The notes: generated by a model from the letters alone, not told the origin. A stretch of DNA of 64,000 nucleotides from Chamaesiphon sp. (GCA_965246715.1 CBDFFH010000037.1:64001-128000), one strand, 5' to 3'; shown: positions 1 through 10,599, counted from the first letter of the stretch. Translations and numbers: made by a program.

Positions 1-1280
1 GCGCCCAAAACCTGCGATCGCCAGCCGCTGGGAATGAAGTCTGCTACCAATTGAGAAATCGAGACAGCTTCGCGATCGATCGCCAGCCAGTAGAGAACCT
101 GTTGCTCGATATCGGATAATCGATCGAACTGTTGGCTCAATAAAGCCTCGATTCCATCACAGAGAATTACCCCCTGTGCTAAAAATGTACTCACACTACC
201 GTCAAACAGATCCCGAATTGTCGTTGCCGCAATTTTAATCGCTAACGGGTTGCCAGAGTAAGATTGCTGGAAGTGCTGCCAATCGCTGGAATCGGCTGTA
301 TAACAGCCATTGGTAGTCCCGTTGGCGTAGCCTGTCTGCAAGACAATCGCGGCTACTTCGATCGCACCCAAACCATGTAAATCCAGCGTCCCGATCGACC
401 CAAACTCGCCCTCTAACGGCATTAAGGTAGTGGGCTTTTCCCGACTGGTTATTAATAAACAACTGGCATGATGTTCGGTAGCAATCCGGCGGAGCAGTTC
501 GCTATAGCCCACGTAACCCTCCCGATAACCGCCGTGCTGCTGGCTAGTCGCCGAGTGAGCCGGATGCTGGGCGAGAATTGATTCAAAATTATCAAAAACG
601 AGCAGACAGCGCGTAGCGCGCAGATATGCCATCAATTGGGAGATCTGAGCATCCACAGTATCCGCAGGTTCGGTCGGCTGTTGACGAGAGAGAATCGCCA
701 TCAGTTGAAAGAGAATTTTATCTAGCGGTGGCGCATTGCGAAGCGATTGCCAGATAATTCGATCGAAAGCTTGAGTTGAGGTTGCTAGCTTTTGAGTGAG
801 TTTAGCAGCTAGTGAGGTTTTACCCATTCCCCCCATTCCCATGATCGAGATCAGCCGACAAGGTATCCCGATCCGATTGCCCTCACAATCTACACCCAGC
901 CATCGTTCCAACTGCTGGAGTTCGGTTTCGCGCCCTCTGAAAGTAGAAACATCGATCTTTTCTCCCCAATAACAATTTCGATCTGAGGGTAAAGCTGGGG
1001 TAGCTGCTGGCACCGCTAATTTCGGCATTCGCTCGCGGTGGCGGCGTAGTACCGCTTGCAAATTACTTTTAGTAACTGGTTCGCCACAGGCTTGGCTCAA
1101 CTGTCGCCATAGTTCGTAGCCGACATCGCGGATGTATCCAGTGTCGTAACCGACTTGCTCGGCAATGCGGGGATAAGTCCAACCCTCCCAGGTATAGCGA
1201 AATACTCGCTCTTGAAGATCGCGCAGACTTTGTGCTTGGAGCAGTGTATCGAGTAACGCTAAGGCTTCATCCGCTGTCAT
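1..1280 (-). CDS. HTH-NB-ARC(-WD40) STAND protein, N-terminal part; runs off the window; paralog of 15361..18993
   Basis: Own translation from ATG at 1280: MTADEALALLDTLLQAQSLRDLQERVFRYTWEG..., P-loop GMGGMGKT, SGNPLA. Frame stays open to base 1 and is colinear with the paralog. Confidence 0.9.
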   Translation of the reverse strand, partial: MTADEALALLDTLLQAQSLRDLQERVFRYTWEGWTYPRIAEQVGYDTGYIRDVGYELWRQLSQACGEPVTKSNLQAVLRRHRERMPKLAVPAATPALPSDRNCYWGEKIDVSTFRGRETELQQLERWLGVDCEGNRIGIPCRLISIMGMGGMGKTSLAAKLTQKLATSTQAFDRIIWQSLRNAPPLDKILFQLMAILSRQQPTEPADTVDAQISQLMAYLRATRCLLVFDNFESILAQHPAHSATSQQHGGYREGYVGYSELLRRIATEHHASCLLITSREKPTTLMPLEGEFGSIGTLDLHGLGAIEVAAIVLQTGYANGTTNGCYTADSSDWQHFQQSYSGNPLAIKIAATTIRDLFDGSVSTFLAQGVILCDGIEALLSQQFDRLSDIEQQVLYWLAIDREAVSISQLVADFIPSGWRSQVLG

Positions 1281-1346
1281 CTATAAAGACCCTGCCAGAA
1301 TCTAGCTTAATTCTAGCCCTAATCTTTTAACAATTACATGTAGAGA

Positions 1347-1424
1347 TCCGATCTTTTCCGATCGTCAACAGCAGATTTTTTCCGATCTTTTCTGGCTGTC
1401 AAATTAGCTGGGGGCAAATATTCT
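1347..1424 (+). promoter_or_regulatory. Conserved 78-bp direct-repeat operator/promoter element, copy 1
   Basis: TCCGATCTTTTCCGATCGTCAA-N12-TCCGATCTTTTCTGGCTGTCAA-N16-TATTCT; near-identical at 6103, 27335 and 38050. Confidence 0.8.
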
Positions 1425-1493
1425 GGAGATATGGAACAGGTTAAACCCTTGATTCATTCCACTCACTTACAACAGACACAGGAGCAAAATATC

Positions 1494-1745
1494 GTGCATT
1501 TACAAGCCAAAAGTTTGGCAGCGACAGCTAGCTTAATCTTAATAACCGGATTGGGAGCCTTTGCTCCCGCTCAGGCTAAACCCGACTGCGATAAAACGCC
1601 CGATGCACCAATCTGTAGTGGCGAACCAAAACCAAAGCCACCAGTAGTATCAACACCACAGCCACCATCAACCCCAGCACCAACACCACAGCCGCATCGA
1701 CCGGGCTGGAATATATACGATCAGCGCACGATTATAAAACGTTAA
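1494..1745 (+). CDS. Small secreted Pro-rich protein with a Cys pair
   Basis: GTG at 1494 after AGGAG; signal peptide ending AQA; mature part KPDCDKTPDAPIC followed by a P/T/Q-rich tract. Confidence 0.65.
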   Translation: MHLQAKSLAATASLILITGLGAFAPAQAKPDCDKTPDAPICSGEPKPKPPVVSTPQPPSTPAPTPQPHRPGWNIYDQRTIIKR

Positions 1746-1977
1746 AGCTGGTGCGTAGATTCTAAGTAAGAGTGACTAGTTTGCTTGGTAAGCAGCTACT
1801 TCAACAAATCCCAAACCGTTTGCCGTTAGGCACAGCCTTTGCCTTAGCAAAAAGGCAGACGCGAAGCTGAACGGAACGAAAATCGAACAATCAAAAAGAT
1901 CCGCTTTATGAGTTAGTAGCTCACTAATTTTGTCCGATCTCCACAAATTAACTCATTATTTACTAGGAAAAAACATC

Positions 1978-2352
1978 ATGACTTTCTCTAAATCTAACCT
2001 CAACCTTCTCTCCGAATCTCTGTTTACAGAATTAACCGCAGACCAAGCTCAAATGCTCGAAGGCGGCAAGCGGATCGATATTCTACTCGTTCGCTGTGTT
2101 CAGGCTAGCAATGGTTCTGACCGACTGTCTTTCACAGTCAATGGCAACAATGTTGGTAATCCGATAAGTATCCAGACTAACGGTGTTGCCAATGTTGGTG
2201 CAAGTGCAAACTTCAATAGTACAGCAAGCGTTCAATTGTTCGATCGGGGTAGCTTTCTGGGCGGTTTTAGTGCCGCTGGCAGTGGTCAACAAACCCGGCG
2301 TGTTAGTGGTGGTGGCTCTACCTACGAAGTGACTTACCGCGTTGGTAATTAA
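1978..2352 (+). CDS. Double-glycine-leader exported protein 1 (30-aa leader, 94-aa beta-rich mature domain)
   Basis: AGGA RBS, ATG at 1978; leader ends LFTELTADQAQMLEGG; upstream of a C39 ABC exporter. Confidence 0.85.
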   Translation: MTFSKSNLNLLSESLFTELTADQAQMLEGGKRIDILLVRCVQASNGSDRLSFTVNGNNVGNPISIQTNGVANVGASANFNSTASVQLFDRGSFLGGFSAAGSGQQTRRVSGGGSTYEVTYRVGN

Positions 2353-2578
2353 CATCCGATCGTCACGCTAGCAATCCTCTAAAAAAAGGGGGAACCAGAG
2401 ATGGCTTAAAGTTCCCCTTTCTATGGCAATCTTCTACCCGATTCGGCAAAGCCGACGCTGTGCCTAACGGCAGGCTATCGCCAACGCGAACGGAGTAATG
2501 ACAAGTGTATGAGTTAGTAGCTCCATAATTTTGTCCGATCTCCACAAATCAACTCATCATTTACTAGGAAAAAACATC

Positions 2579-2992
2579 ATGACTTTCTTAAAATCTAACC
2601 TCAAAGTTCTCTCAGAATCTCTGTTTACGGAATTGACCGCAGACCAAGCTCAAATGCTCGAAGGCGGCAAGCGGATCGATATTCTGCTCGTTCGCTGTAT
2701 TAAGGCTGGTGCCGATACGGATGGTTCTGACGAGCTATTTTTCACCATCAATGGTCAAAACTTCAGCCTCGGCAATCCCATCTCAATGCGGACGGGCGGG
2801 GTAGCGAATGCTGGTGTTGGTGTGACCTTTAGTGGCAATACTGCTAACGTTGGCTTATTTGAAAAAGATGGCAATAGTGCTATTGGTGCTGATTTTATCG
2901 GTGGTTTTACTGATTCAGCTAATGGCACCAGAACCCGCAAAGTTAGTGGTACTGGTTCAGTGTATGAAGTGACCTACCGGATTGGTAACTAG
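2579..2992 (+). CDS. Double-glycine-leader exported protein 2 (107-aa mature domain, C2-like pattern)
   Basis: Tandem paralog of 1978..2352; upstream region and leader duplicated. Confidence 0.85.
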   Translation: MTFLKSNLKVLSESLFTELTADQAQMLEGGKRIDILLVRCIKAGADTDGSDELFFTINGQNFSLGNPISMRTGGVANAGVGVTFSGNTANVGLFEKDGNSAIGADFIGGFTDSANGTRTRKVSGTGSVYEVTYRIGN

Positions 2993-3022
2993 TGATTAGC
3001 CCTCTGGTAATCGGTCTTCGAT

Positions 3023-3057
3023 GGTAGGGTTTTGTCTAGCTTGGACAAAACCCTACC
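3023..3057 (+). terminator. Strong hairpin between cargo genes and exporter (terminator/attenuator or RNA stabiliser)
   Basis: GGTAGGGTTTTGTC-N7-GACAAAACCCTACC, with a T-run shortly after. Confidence 0.6.
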
Positions 3058-3099
3058 AATCCAATTTTTTCTATTCCCCATTCTTCATTCTCCACTCCC

Positions 3100-5262
3100 A
3101 TGCGCCATCCCCTCATTCTCCAACAATCCGAAGAAGACTGCGGTGCCGCCTGCCTTGCCACCGTTGCTAAATTCCACGGTCGCAACTTCAGCATCGGTCG
3201 CGTTCGCGAACTGGCAGGCACCCGATCGCGCGGTACCAGTCTGCTCGGACTCAGCCGAGGCGCGGAATCCCTCGGTTTCCAAGTGCGCCATGTTAAAGCC
3301 TCTCCCCAACTTTTAGCTAATTTGGCGCAAGCACCGTTGCCTGCGATCGTGCATTGGAAAGGCTATCACTGGGTCGTTCTCTACGGCAAAAATCGTCGCG
3401 ATCGATTTATTGTCGCCGATCCTAGCATTGGCTTGCGCTATCTCAGCGAAATAGAATTGATGTCGGGTTGGACGAATGGGGTGATGCTGTTACTCTCGCC
3501 GACAGAGGCATTTTACCAACTGATTGAGGATAAGGTAACGGGGTTTGGCAAGTTTGTCAAACGGGTGTGGCCCGATCGAGGTTTGTTAGTGCAAGCGATC
3601 GGTTTAAACATCGCGATCGGTTTACTGGCATTGGCTTCGCCGTTGATGATGCAGTTGTTGACGGATGATGTATTGGTGCGGGGCGATACGGAATTGTTAC
3701 TGATGGTGGCTTTAGGCGTAGTGGCGATGACGCTGATTCGGAGTGTCATCAATCTGATTCAGGCGCAGTTAATTGGCTATTTTGGGCAACGGTTACAAAT
3801 GGGGTTGGTGCTCGAATATGGACAGAAGCTATTACATTTGCCGCTGTCCTATTTTGAAGGGCGACGCAGTGGTGAGGTAGTCAGCCGGATTGCGGATGTG
3901 TCGGCGGTGCATTCCTTGGTGGGGCAGATCGTATTAGGTTTGCCGAGTCAGTTTTTTATTGCCGTAGTCTCGTTAATGTTGATGCTGCTTTATAGTTGGG
4001 AGTTAACCATTGCCTCGACAGCGATGTTTGCCGTGCTGGTGGGAGTTAATTTTCTCTTCTTACCAGCGATTCGGCGGAAGACTCGCGATCTAATTATTCA
4101 AGGCACGGAGAATCAAGGCTTTCTCGTCGAAACCGTCCAAGGCGTTCAAGTACTCAAAACCACCCAGGCAACCCCACAGGCTTGGCAGGAATATCAAGGG
4201 AATTTCAGTCGGTTGGCACATTTGGGCTGGGGGACGATGAAGTTGGAACTGTATAGCGGCACAGTGACGGGCATTTTATCGAGCTTGGTAAGTGTCGGGC
4301 TGTTGTGGTTGGGCAGTTATTTGGTAATCAATCAGCGGTTGAGTGTGGGGCAGTTGTTGGCTTATAGCGGCATGAGTGGGAATTTCTTTGGGTTCTTGTT
4401 AGCCGCGATCGGGATTGTGGATGAATTCATTCGCGCTCAGGTGATTTTGCAACGCTTGGGTGAGGTGATGGATGCGACTCCAGAAAACGCACAAGATGCC
4501 CACAAGCCTTGGGTGGAGCTATCAGCAGCGGCGGATATTTATTGTGAAAAATTGCGATTTCATCATTCGGGGCGAATGGATTTGTTAGAGGATTTGGATT
4601 TGGTAATTCCAGGCGGTAGGATGACGGCGTTAATCGGTCGATCGGGTTGCGGCAAAAGTACGTTAGCAAAATTGTTGTCGGGCTTGTACCAACCGCAGTC
4701 GGGCAATATTCGGTATGGGATTTACGATCGACACGATCTGGCGTTAGATTGTTTGCGGCAGCAGGTGGTATTGGTGCCCCAGGAGGCGCATTTTTGGAGT
4801 CGATCGATTGTCGATAATTTCCGCTTTAGCTATCCTGATGCGAGTCTCGATCGAATCATGCGGGCTTGTGAGATTGTCGGGGCAGATGAGTTTATCTCGC
4901 AATTGCCAGACGAGTATCAAACGGTATTGGGTGAGTTTGGGGCGAATCTATCGGGAGGACAGCGACAACGGTTAGCGATCGCACGAGCATTATTAGCAAA
5001 TCCAGCGATCTTAATTTTGGATGAATCCACATCAGCACTCGATCCTGTCAGTGAGGCGATGTTATTGGAGCGATTGCAACAACATCGGCAGGGGCAGACG
5101 ACAGTATTTATTAGCCATAGACCCCAGGTAATTGGGGCTTGCGATTGGGTGGTGATGCTAGAGCAAGGGCAGGTGGTGAGTCAAGGTACGCCGCAGGAAT
5201 TGCGGCGGCGGGAGGGATTGCATCGATCGTTTTTGACTCCAGAATTGGCGTTAGTGCCGTAA
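3100..5262 (+). CDS. Peptidase C39-containing ABC transporter (PCAT)
   Basis: QQSEEDCGAAC and HWVV C39 motifs, TM domain, GRSGCGKS, LSGGQRQR, ILDE. Confidence 0.95.
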   Translation: MRHPLILQQSEEDCGAACLATVAKFHGRNFSIGRVRELAGTRSRGTSLLGLSRGAESLGFQVRHVKASPQLLANLAQAPLPAIVHWKGYHWVVLYGKNRRDRFIVADPSIGLRYLSEIELMSGWTNGVMLLLSPTEAFYQLIEDKVTGFGKFVKRVWPDRGLLVQAIGLNIAIGLLALASPLMMQLLTDDVLVRGDTELLLMVALGVVAMTLIRSVINLIQAQLIGYFGQRLQMGLVLEYGQKLLHLPLSYFEGRRSGEVVSRIADVSAVHSLVGQIVLGLPSQFFIAVVSLMLMLLYSWELTIASTAMFAVLVGVNFLFLPAIRRKTRDLIIQGTENQGFLVETVQGVQVLKTTQATPQAWQEYQGNFSRLAHLGWGTMKLELYSGTVTGILSSLVSVGLLWLGSYLVINQRLSVGQLLAYSGMSGNFFGFLLAAIGIVDEFIRAQVILQRLGEVMDATPENAQDAHKPWVELSAAADIYCEKLRFHHSGRMDLLEDLDLVIPGGRMTALIGRSGCGKSTLAKLLSGLYQPQSGNIRYGIYDRHDLALDCLRQQVVLVPQEAHFWSRSIVDNFRFSYPDASLDRIMRACEIVGADEFISQLPDEYQTVLGEFGANLSGGQRQRLAIARALLANPAILILDESTSALDPVSEAMLLERLQQHRQGQTTVFISHRPQVIGACDWVVMLEQGQVVSQGTPQELRRREGLHRSFLTPELALVP

Positions 5263-5415
5263 AGTGAGTTCTGGTTAAGAGTAGCCTGAAAACTAGAAGT
5301 CTCAATACTGTTCGGTTAGGCAATTTGACAGCGGTTTCCAGTCGATGGCGGTACTGGAGCGGAGCAAATATCCTTAACCTGAACTGACCGATTTATCAAA
5401 TTAGAGGCCAATTCT

Positions 5416-5955
5416 ATGACATCCAATACATTACCCAATTTAAACGATCTTCTACCCCCACTCAGCCCTTGGGCGCGGTTTGGGAGCCTTGGTATAGTAG
5501 CCTTGCTCGGAAGCACGATCGCCCTCGCGAACGCCATCCCCCATCGCAGCACCACCCAGGCGATCGCGATCGTCACTCCCGATCGCACCATTCAAGCCCT
5601 CGTTCCCGCCGAATCGATTAACCAAATCGCCACCCATCAAATCGCTCAAATGCGCGTTACAGCTTGCCCTGCTGGTGAGTTTGGGACATTAAAAGGGCAG
5701 GTAACCACGATCGCCACCCAACCCGCATTGGCGAAGCCTGCGCCCAGCGCAATCGTGACTGATTCGATCGTCACACAGTTGAGCCAACCGACGTTATATG
5801 CCGTGACGATTCAACCCCAAACTGTAGTCTTAAAGCAAGCGGCAAAATCCTGCCTCGTGAGGGTGGGGATGCAAGGCAAGTTGGATATCATATTACGGGA
5901 GGAGCCGCTCGCGCGATCGTTGTTACGTCGGATGCGGCTGGGTGGAACGGATTAG
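5416..5955 (+). CDS. HlyD-family adaptor, short form lacking the central hairpin
   Basis: N-terminal LPPLSPW plus TM helix; C-terminal MRVTACP..FGTLKGQV and LVRVGMQGKLDII; only 179 aa. Confidence 0.75.
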   Translation: MTSNTLPNLNDLLPPLSPWARFGSLGIVALLGSTIALANAIPHRSTTQAIAIVTPDRTIQALVPAESINQIATHQIAQMRVTACPAGEFGTLKGQVTTIATQPALAKPAPSAIVTDSIVTQLSQPTLYAVTIQPQTVVLKQAAKSCLVRVGMQGKLDIILREEPLARSLLRRMRLGGTD

Positions 5956-6031
5956 TTACCGATCTCGTATATTTAGCACGGAAACATGTGCGTTTGCCAG
6001 GATGGTTTAGATATTATTAAACCTCGACATT

Positions 6032-6065
6032 ATATCCCCGACTTCTTGCAAGAAGTCGGGGATAT
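6032..6065. repeat. Perfect 34-bp palindrome (REP-like/terminator)
   Basis: ATATCCCCGACTTCTTG|CAAGAAGTCGGGGATAT. Confidence 0.7.
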
Positions 6066-6102
6066 TTATAACAACCTTAGCAGTTGCCATATATTCGACT
6101 TT

Positions 6103-6180
6103 TCCGATCTTTTTCGATCGTCAACAGCAGATTTTTTCCGATCTTTTCTGGCTGTCAAACTAGCTAGGGACAGATATTCT
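6103..6180 (+). promoter_or_regulatory. Conserved 78-bp operator/promoter element, copy 2
   Basis: Same architecture and spacing as copy 1. Confidence 0.8.
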
Positions 6181-6515
6181 GGAGATATGAAGCAATTTGA
6201 TACCGCCATCAACCCAAACAATAACTCACAGGTGACCATTCACGATTCGAGCAAATTAACCAATCTTTTACCAGTAAAAAATTATGCCGCATACACATAA
6301 AAACAGATCGCTCTCCGATATCGAAACCGACTTAATGAATTGTCTGCTAAAAGCACCCACGATCGTTTACCCGTGAAATCCCACCGACCCCGATACCGCT
6401 GACTACTATGCCAGATCCGATCGTCACTTTTGCTTAGAAAAGTGGTCGGATGCCGAACTTTACGATCGATATCAATCTTTCTTAATTTGGTAACAATCTC
6501 GATAAATCGAACCAG

Positions 6516-7890
6516 CAGGGTGAACGCATCAAAACAGGATTTATTTCGATCGAGAGCCACTAAAATAGGCGATTAATGATATTCGATTGCTTAACTACAA
6601 TTACGACAATATCAATAAAATCGAAACCAAAGACGAGGTTAAATTAACTCAATTTAGTCCGGCAAAAGTGCGGCTAAAGATATTTAGCCAAATTCATACT
6701 CTGGGGTTAGTTAAATTTAGGCTAAAATAGCCTCTAGAAGTTCGCGCGAATATTCTTCATCAAGGCTCGCAAGAAATCGCTTCTTCCTAACACTTAGTTT
6801 TCGACTCTTGTTCTGACTCATTATATTAACTGCTATATGTCTTAAAACAGCAAAATTAGCTGGAGCATTATCTTTTCTAATTCGACTAATGTCTAGCTTC
6901 TACGCTGGTTTTTTCATTGACAACTCGAACTGATTCTACCATGCAAATACTAGTCAGATTTTGCCATTTTAGCAATGGATCTATTGATGTTGCAATGTCT
7001 GATATCATTAGGTAATTACGAGTTTCCTCTCTACCTCTATTCATCTCTCTACTGCTGAAGCTATGCGTTTTCAGACTTTCACCACAAGTTTTAATCGCCT
7101 GTTTGAATAGCTGTTCTACCCTTTCATATAAACTTGGTTGATTCTTTTTGACAGCAATTACATAATCTGCTTCTTTTTTGACAATTTTCTTGACTATTTC
7201 TCGCTGACATCCCATTGCATCAATTGTCACTATACATCCAGCTAGATCTAAGGCATTAATCAACTCAGGCAATGCAGTAATTTCATTTGATTTACTCTCG
7301 ACTTTTGTTTGTCCTAATACTAATCTATTACTTGCTGCCCAAGCACTGACCGTATTAATTACTCCTTTACCATTTTTTTCGTCTCTTGAATTTCGAGATT
7401 GTTTTCCATCAAATGCGATTATCTCTCCTGCTGTTATTTTACTTATTCCTTTAATCCAATGCAGGAAAGATTTATTGAATTCTTCAGGATTAATTTGTGA
7501 AAATACCCGTGCAAATGTATCGTGAGATGGTATCCCATTCGGTAATTCTAGAAATTCCTCCAGCCATTTTTTTCTGGTGATGCCATACAGCTCTATGTCT
7601 TCCCATCCATCTGCTCCACATACTACTGCACAAATCGAGATCGTGATAATATCGATTAGTTTGTGTTTTTTCCCCCGTTCAATTCTAATGTCTTTTATGT
7701 CACCAAAGTGTTCTGCTATACTATGCCTTGGCTTTAGCTTCATTTGACGCGATCTGAATTTCCAATAAATATAACATAATTAACTGGCTATACTTGCTTA
7801 CCATTAAAGCTTTCATACTTTTCGTAATTCAAATCTGCAACTGATTTGCGAGGATTTTAAATAGTAGAAAATTTAAGTGCGTTCACCCTG
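6516..7890 (-). mobile_element. ISAs1-family IS with a 113-bp internal deletion (transposase truncated, 6886..7743)
   Basis: TIR CAGGGTGAACGCA; 10-bp TSD ATCGAACCAG; near-identical to 12013..13500 apart from the deletion. Confidence 0.95.
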
Positions 7891-7909
7891 ATCGAACCAG
7901 GAGGCTTTT

Positions 7910-8107
7910 ATGTTTTCATCTACTATTGTCAAAACTCGTCAATTAATCGGTCAGTCTGAATTCAATTGTTTACGCAGTAAAGCAATCGCTTGGCATAGTA
8001 AAGTCATCTCTTATGTCTGCGAACGGTTAGGAATTAGCAACAAAACCAAACAGTATTTAATTCGCCTTGCCCGTGACAATGGTAAAAAACTAGGCTTGCT
8101 AGCCTAA
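7910..8107 (+). CDS. Small basic hypothetical protein (65 aa)
   Basis: GGAGG RBS immediately after the IS TSD; clean ORF. Confidence 0.7.
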   Translation: MFSSTIVKTRQLIGQSEFNCLRSKAIAWHSKVISYVCERLGISNKTKQYLIRLARDNGKKLGLLA

Positions 8108-8175
8108 TACCGTTGAGCAAACCTTAATCCCACATTCCGCCGAGTTTTGAGTGCCAAATCCAATAACTGTAAGCC

Positions 8176-8892
8176 ATGAAAAAAATGTCATTTACAATTA
8201 AGTCTGTTGCGATTGCTGTTATCGCTACAACGATCGGATGTGGCTCTACCAATCGCCCCATTGCTAGCGCGATCGAATCTTCTTTACTATTAAATGAAGC
8301 CCAAAGAGAACTATCGACAATGAAAAGTTCTCATTATCAACATCGTACCGATGTCAATGAGTCCAAGGGAATTTTTAACTACGATTGTTCCGGCTTTATA
8401 GATTATGCCTTGCAGAAAGTCGCGCCAGCAGCTTATGCCGAAATCCCGATTTCTAAACCTAGTTCCCAACGTCCGCTAGCACAGGACTTTTACAATCTCT
8501 TCGCTCGTTCGCGTAGCGTTCGCCTTGCGAAATCGACCTCAAAAACCTCCCACTGGCAACAAGTCACTAAAGTCGATCGCTTGCAAGCCGGAGATATTGT
8601 TGCTTGGCTGCGTCCGCCCGAAAGCGACAGCAATAATACAGGGCATGTGATGATTATTGCCTCTAGGCCGCGTATTAACCCCGATCGAGCCGACGAAATG
8701 CTGATTCCGGTAATAGATTCTACCTCTTCACCTCATGCTAACGATACTCGTCGTCAAGGGGAAACTGGACTCGGACGAGGCACGATTGGGGCGATCTTTA
8801 ATTCTCAAGGAGAAGCAATCGCCTACCGTTGGCGGGGCGGGCTATCTCAGCAAGCGCAAGCAACGGACATAGCTTTTGGCAGACTGCGTTAA
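8176..8892 (+). CDS. Lipoprotein with NlpC/P60-like cysteine amidase motifs
   Basis: Lipobox-like TIGC; YDCSGF and GHVMI catalytic motifs. Confidence 0.75.
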   Translation: MKKMSFTIKSVAIAVIATTIGCGSTNRPIASAIESSLLLNEAQRELSTMKSSHYQHRTDVNESKGIFNYDCSGFIDYALQKVAPAAYAEIPISKPSSQRPLAQDFYNLFARSRSVRLAKSTSKTSHWQQVTKVDRLQAGDIVAWLRPPESDSNNTGHVMIIASRPRINPDRADEMLIPVIDSTSSPHANDTRRQGETGLGRGTIGAIFNSQGEAIAYRWRGGLSQQAQATDIAFGRLR

Positions 8893-9200
8893 ATTCAGCC
8901 CACATTATTCAAGAAATATCTCAATCATGAAATCTAACTCGCACATCAAATTCGCTAATATTCTCGATCGCATTCAACTTCATTTTGACTCGCTCGATCT
9001 ACCCAAGATCGGTATGCCTGGGAGCATTTTCACCCACACGTCTCATCCGCCAGTAGTTGCCGAACTAAAACCAGATGATGCTGGATCTGTTGCCGCCAAA
9101 TCTGATGCCTGAATACCTTGCAGTAGTGGAACCAAATAGCTTGAGTGCGCTTTTGAAAAACTTAGCTACCGCCCAATAGCGACAACCTTTGGAAAACCCT

Positions 9201-9671
9201 ATGAATCCCCAATCCCTTTCTGAGGACATTGCCAACCTGACCCAGCAGACAGCAGCAGCGAACACAGCACTCATGCGCGGTGACATCGATGGATACCTCG
9301 CACTGACAGAACACGCGAATGACTACACGCTGATGTCACCATTCGGCGGAAAGCCAACCCACGGCTTCGATCTGTCACAACGGGTTGCACTGGGGCGGTT
9401 CTTTCAGTCTGGCACATTCGACCAGGAGGTAGTCGCAACCTACGCCACGAGAGATTTGGCCGTACTCGTGACTATCGAGCGTGTGTGTGCCGAGGTTGGA
9501 GGTTTACCCAAGCAAGACTGGTCGCTGCGGGTCACACAAGTCTTTCGTCGTGAAGAGATCGGATGGCAACTCGTGCATCGGCACGCAGATCCGCTGGCGA
9601 ACGGGATCGGTTTGCAGCAGGCTGCTGCACTCGCACTGGGCGTTGCTGACGATTTCCATGCGGCACAGTAA
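9201..9671 (+). CDS. NTF2/SnoaL-like (DUF4440-type) protein
   Basis: LRVTQVFRRE..WQLVHRHADP. Confidence 0.8.
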   Translation: MNPQSLSEDIANLTQQTAAANTALMRGDIDGYLALTEHANDYTLMSPFGGKPTHGFDLSQRVALGRFFQSGTFDQEVVATYATRDLAVLVTIERVCAEVGGLPKQDWSLRVTQVFRREEIGWQLVHRHADPLANGIGLQQAAALALGVADDFHAAQ

Positions 9672-9696
9672 ACATCAGTTGCAAAGATTCGGAGGG

Positions 9697-10599
9697 ATGG
9701 CTGTGCGGAAGACTATTTTCAAAATGTTGCCTTTTATTGCAATCGGAGTAATTAACACTATGACACAAGCTCAATTTCTCAGTCCTCAACAGGTCGATCG
9801 ACTCCCACCATCGCCAGCCGATCGTCGAATCCATTATGGGAGAGAACCTTTTCAATTTGGCGACCTGCGACTGCCGCAGGCTCCAGGGAGTCACCCCGTT
9901 GCTGTTGTGATTCATGGCGGCTCTTGCCTCGGCGTTAACTCACCACGGGATCGCTACCTGGAATATTGAATATCGTCAAATCGATATTCCAGGGGGTGGA
10001 TGGACGGGGACATTTGAAGATGTCGCCAATGCGATCGATTACTTACGGGTGCTGGCTAAACTCTACGCGCTAGACTTGAAGCGGGTGGTTATCGTCGGTC
10101 ATTCTGCGGGCGGGCATCTGGGAACTTGGGCAGCCGCTCGGCATCGGTTGCCCCAACAGAGTCACTTTTTGTTTGAAGATCCGTTGCGTGTCGTAGGTGT
10201 CGTTAATCTGGCAGGTGTAGTGGATCTAGAAGCGTTTCTGCCAATGCAGAACCAGTCATTACCAGGCTGATTGGCGGCTCACCTGCCGAAGTGCCCGATT
10301 CCCCAAAGGGGACGCTGCGCGAACGGTATCGACTAGCATCGCCATCCCATCTTTTGCCTCTAGGAGTGAAGCAGATCTTAGTTTATGGCGCACAAGATAA
10401 AGTTGCCCCGCCGTGGTTAGGACAACAATATGCGGAAGCAGCCAAAAAGACAGGTGACGATGTAACCTTTGCATCGGTCGAAAACACATCCCATTTTGAA
10501 CTCATCGCACCTGGATCTGAAGCTGGCGATCTGGTTGAGAATGCTGTGCTTTCGATACTGAAGTTAAAGAACAAAGAATCAGAGAAAATTGATGTTTAA
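9697..10599 (+). pseudogene. Alpha/beta hydrolase (esterase/lipase) split by two frameshifts
   Basis: QFGDLRLP..VVIHGG, GHSAGG and D..HFELI lie in three different ORFs. Confidence 0.8.

Noticed and set aside
235..462. Frameshift in the first WD40 STAND gene suggested by the short ORF
   Set aside because: The main frame from 1280 stays open to base 1; the short ORF is in another frame
1347..1424. The 78-bp element as a MITE or structured ncRNA
   Set aside because: No terminal inverted repeats, TSDs or conserved stems; fixed spacing to a -10-like box fits a DNA operator better
1930..1977. TTG starts for the leader-peptide genes (1930 and 2531)
   Set aside because: ATGs at 1978 and 2579 follow an AGGA RBS and give a typical 30-aa leader
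5986..6300. ORF 5986..6300, and likewise 27105..27452 and the first codons of 1431..1745
   Set aside because: They read through or start within the promoter element and palindromes; probably spurious
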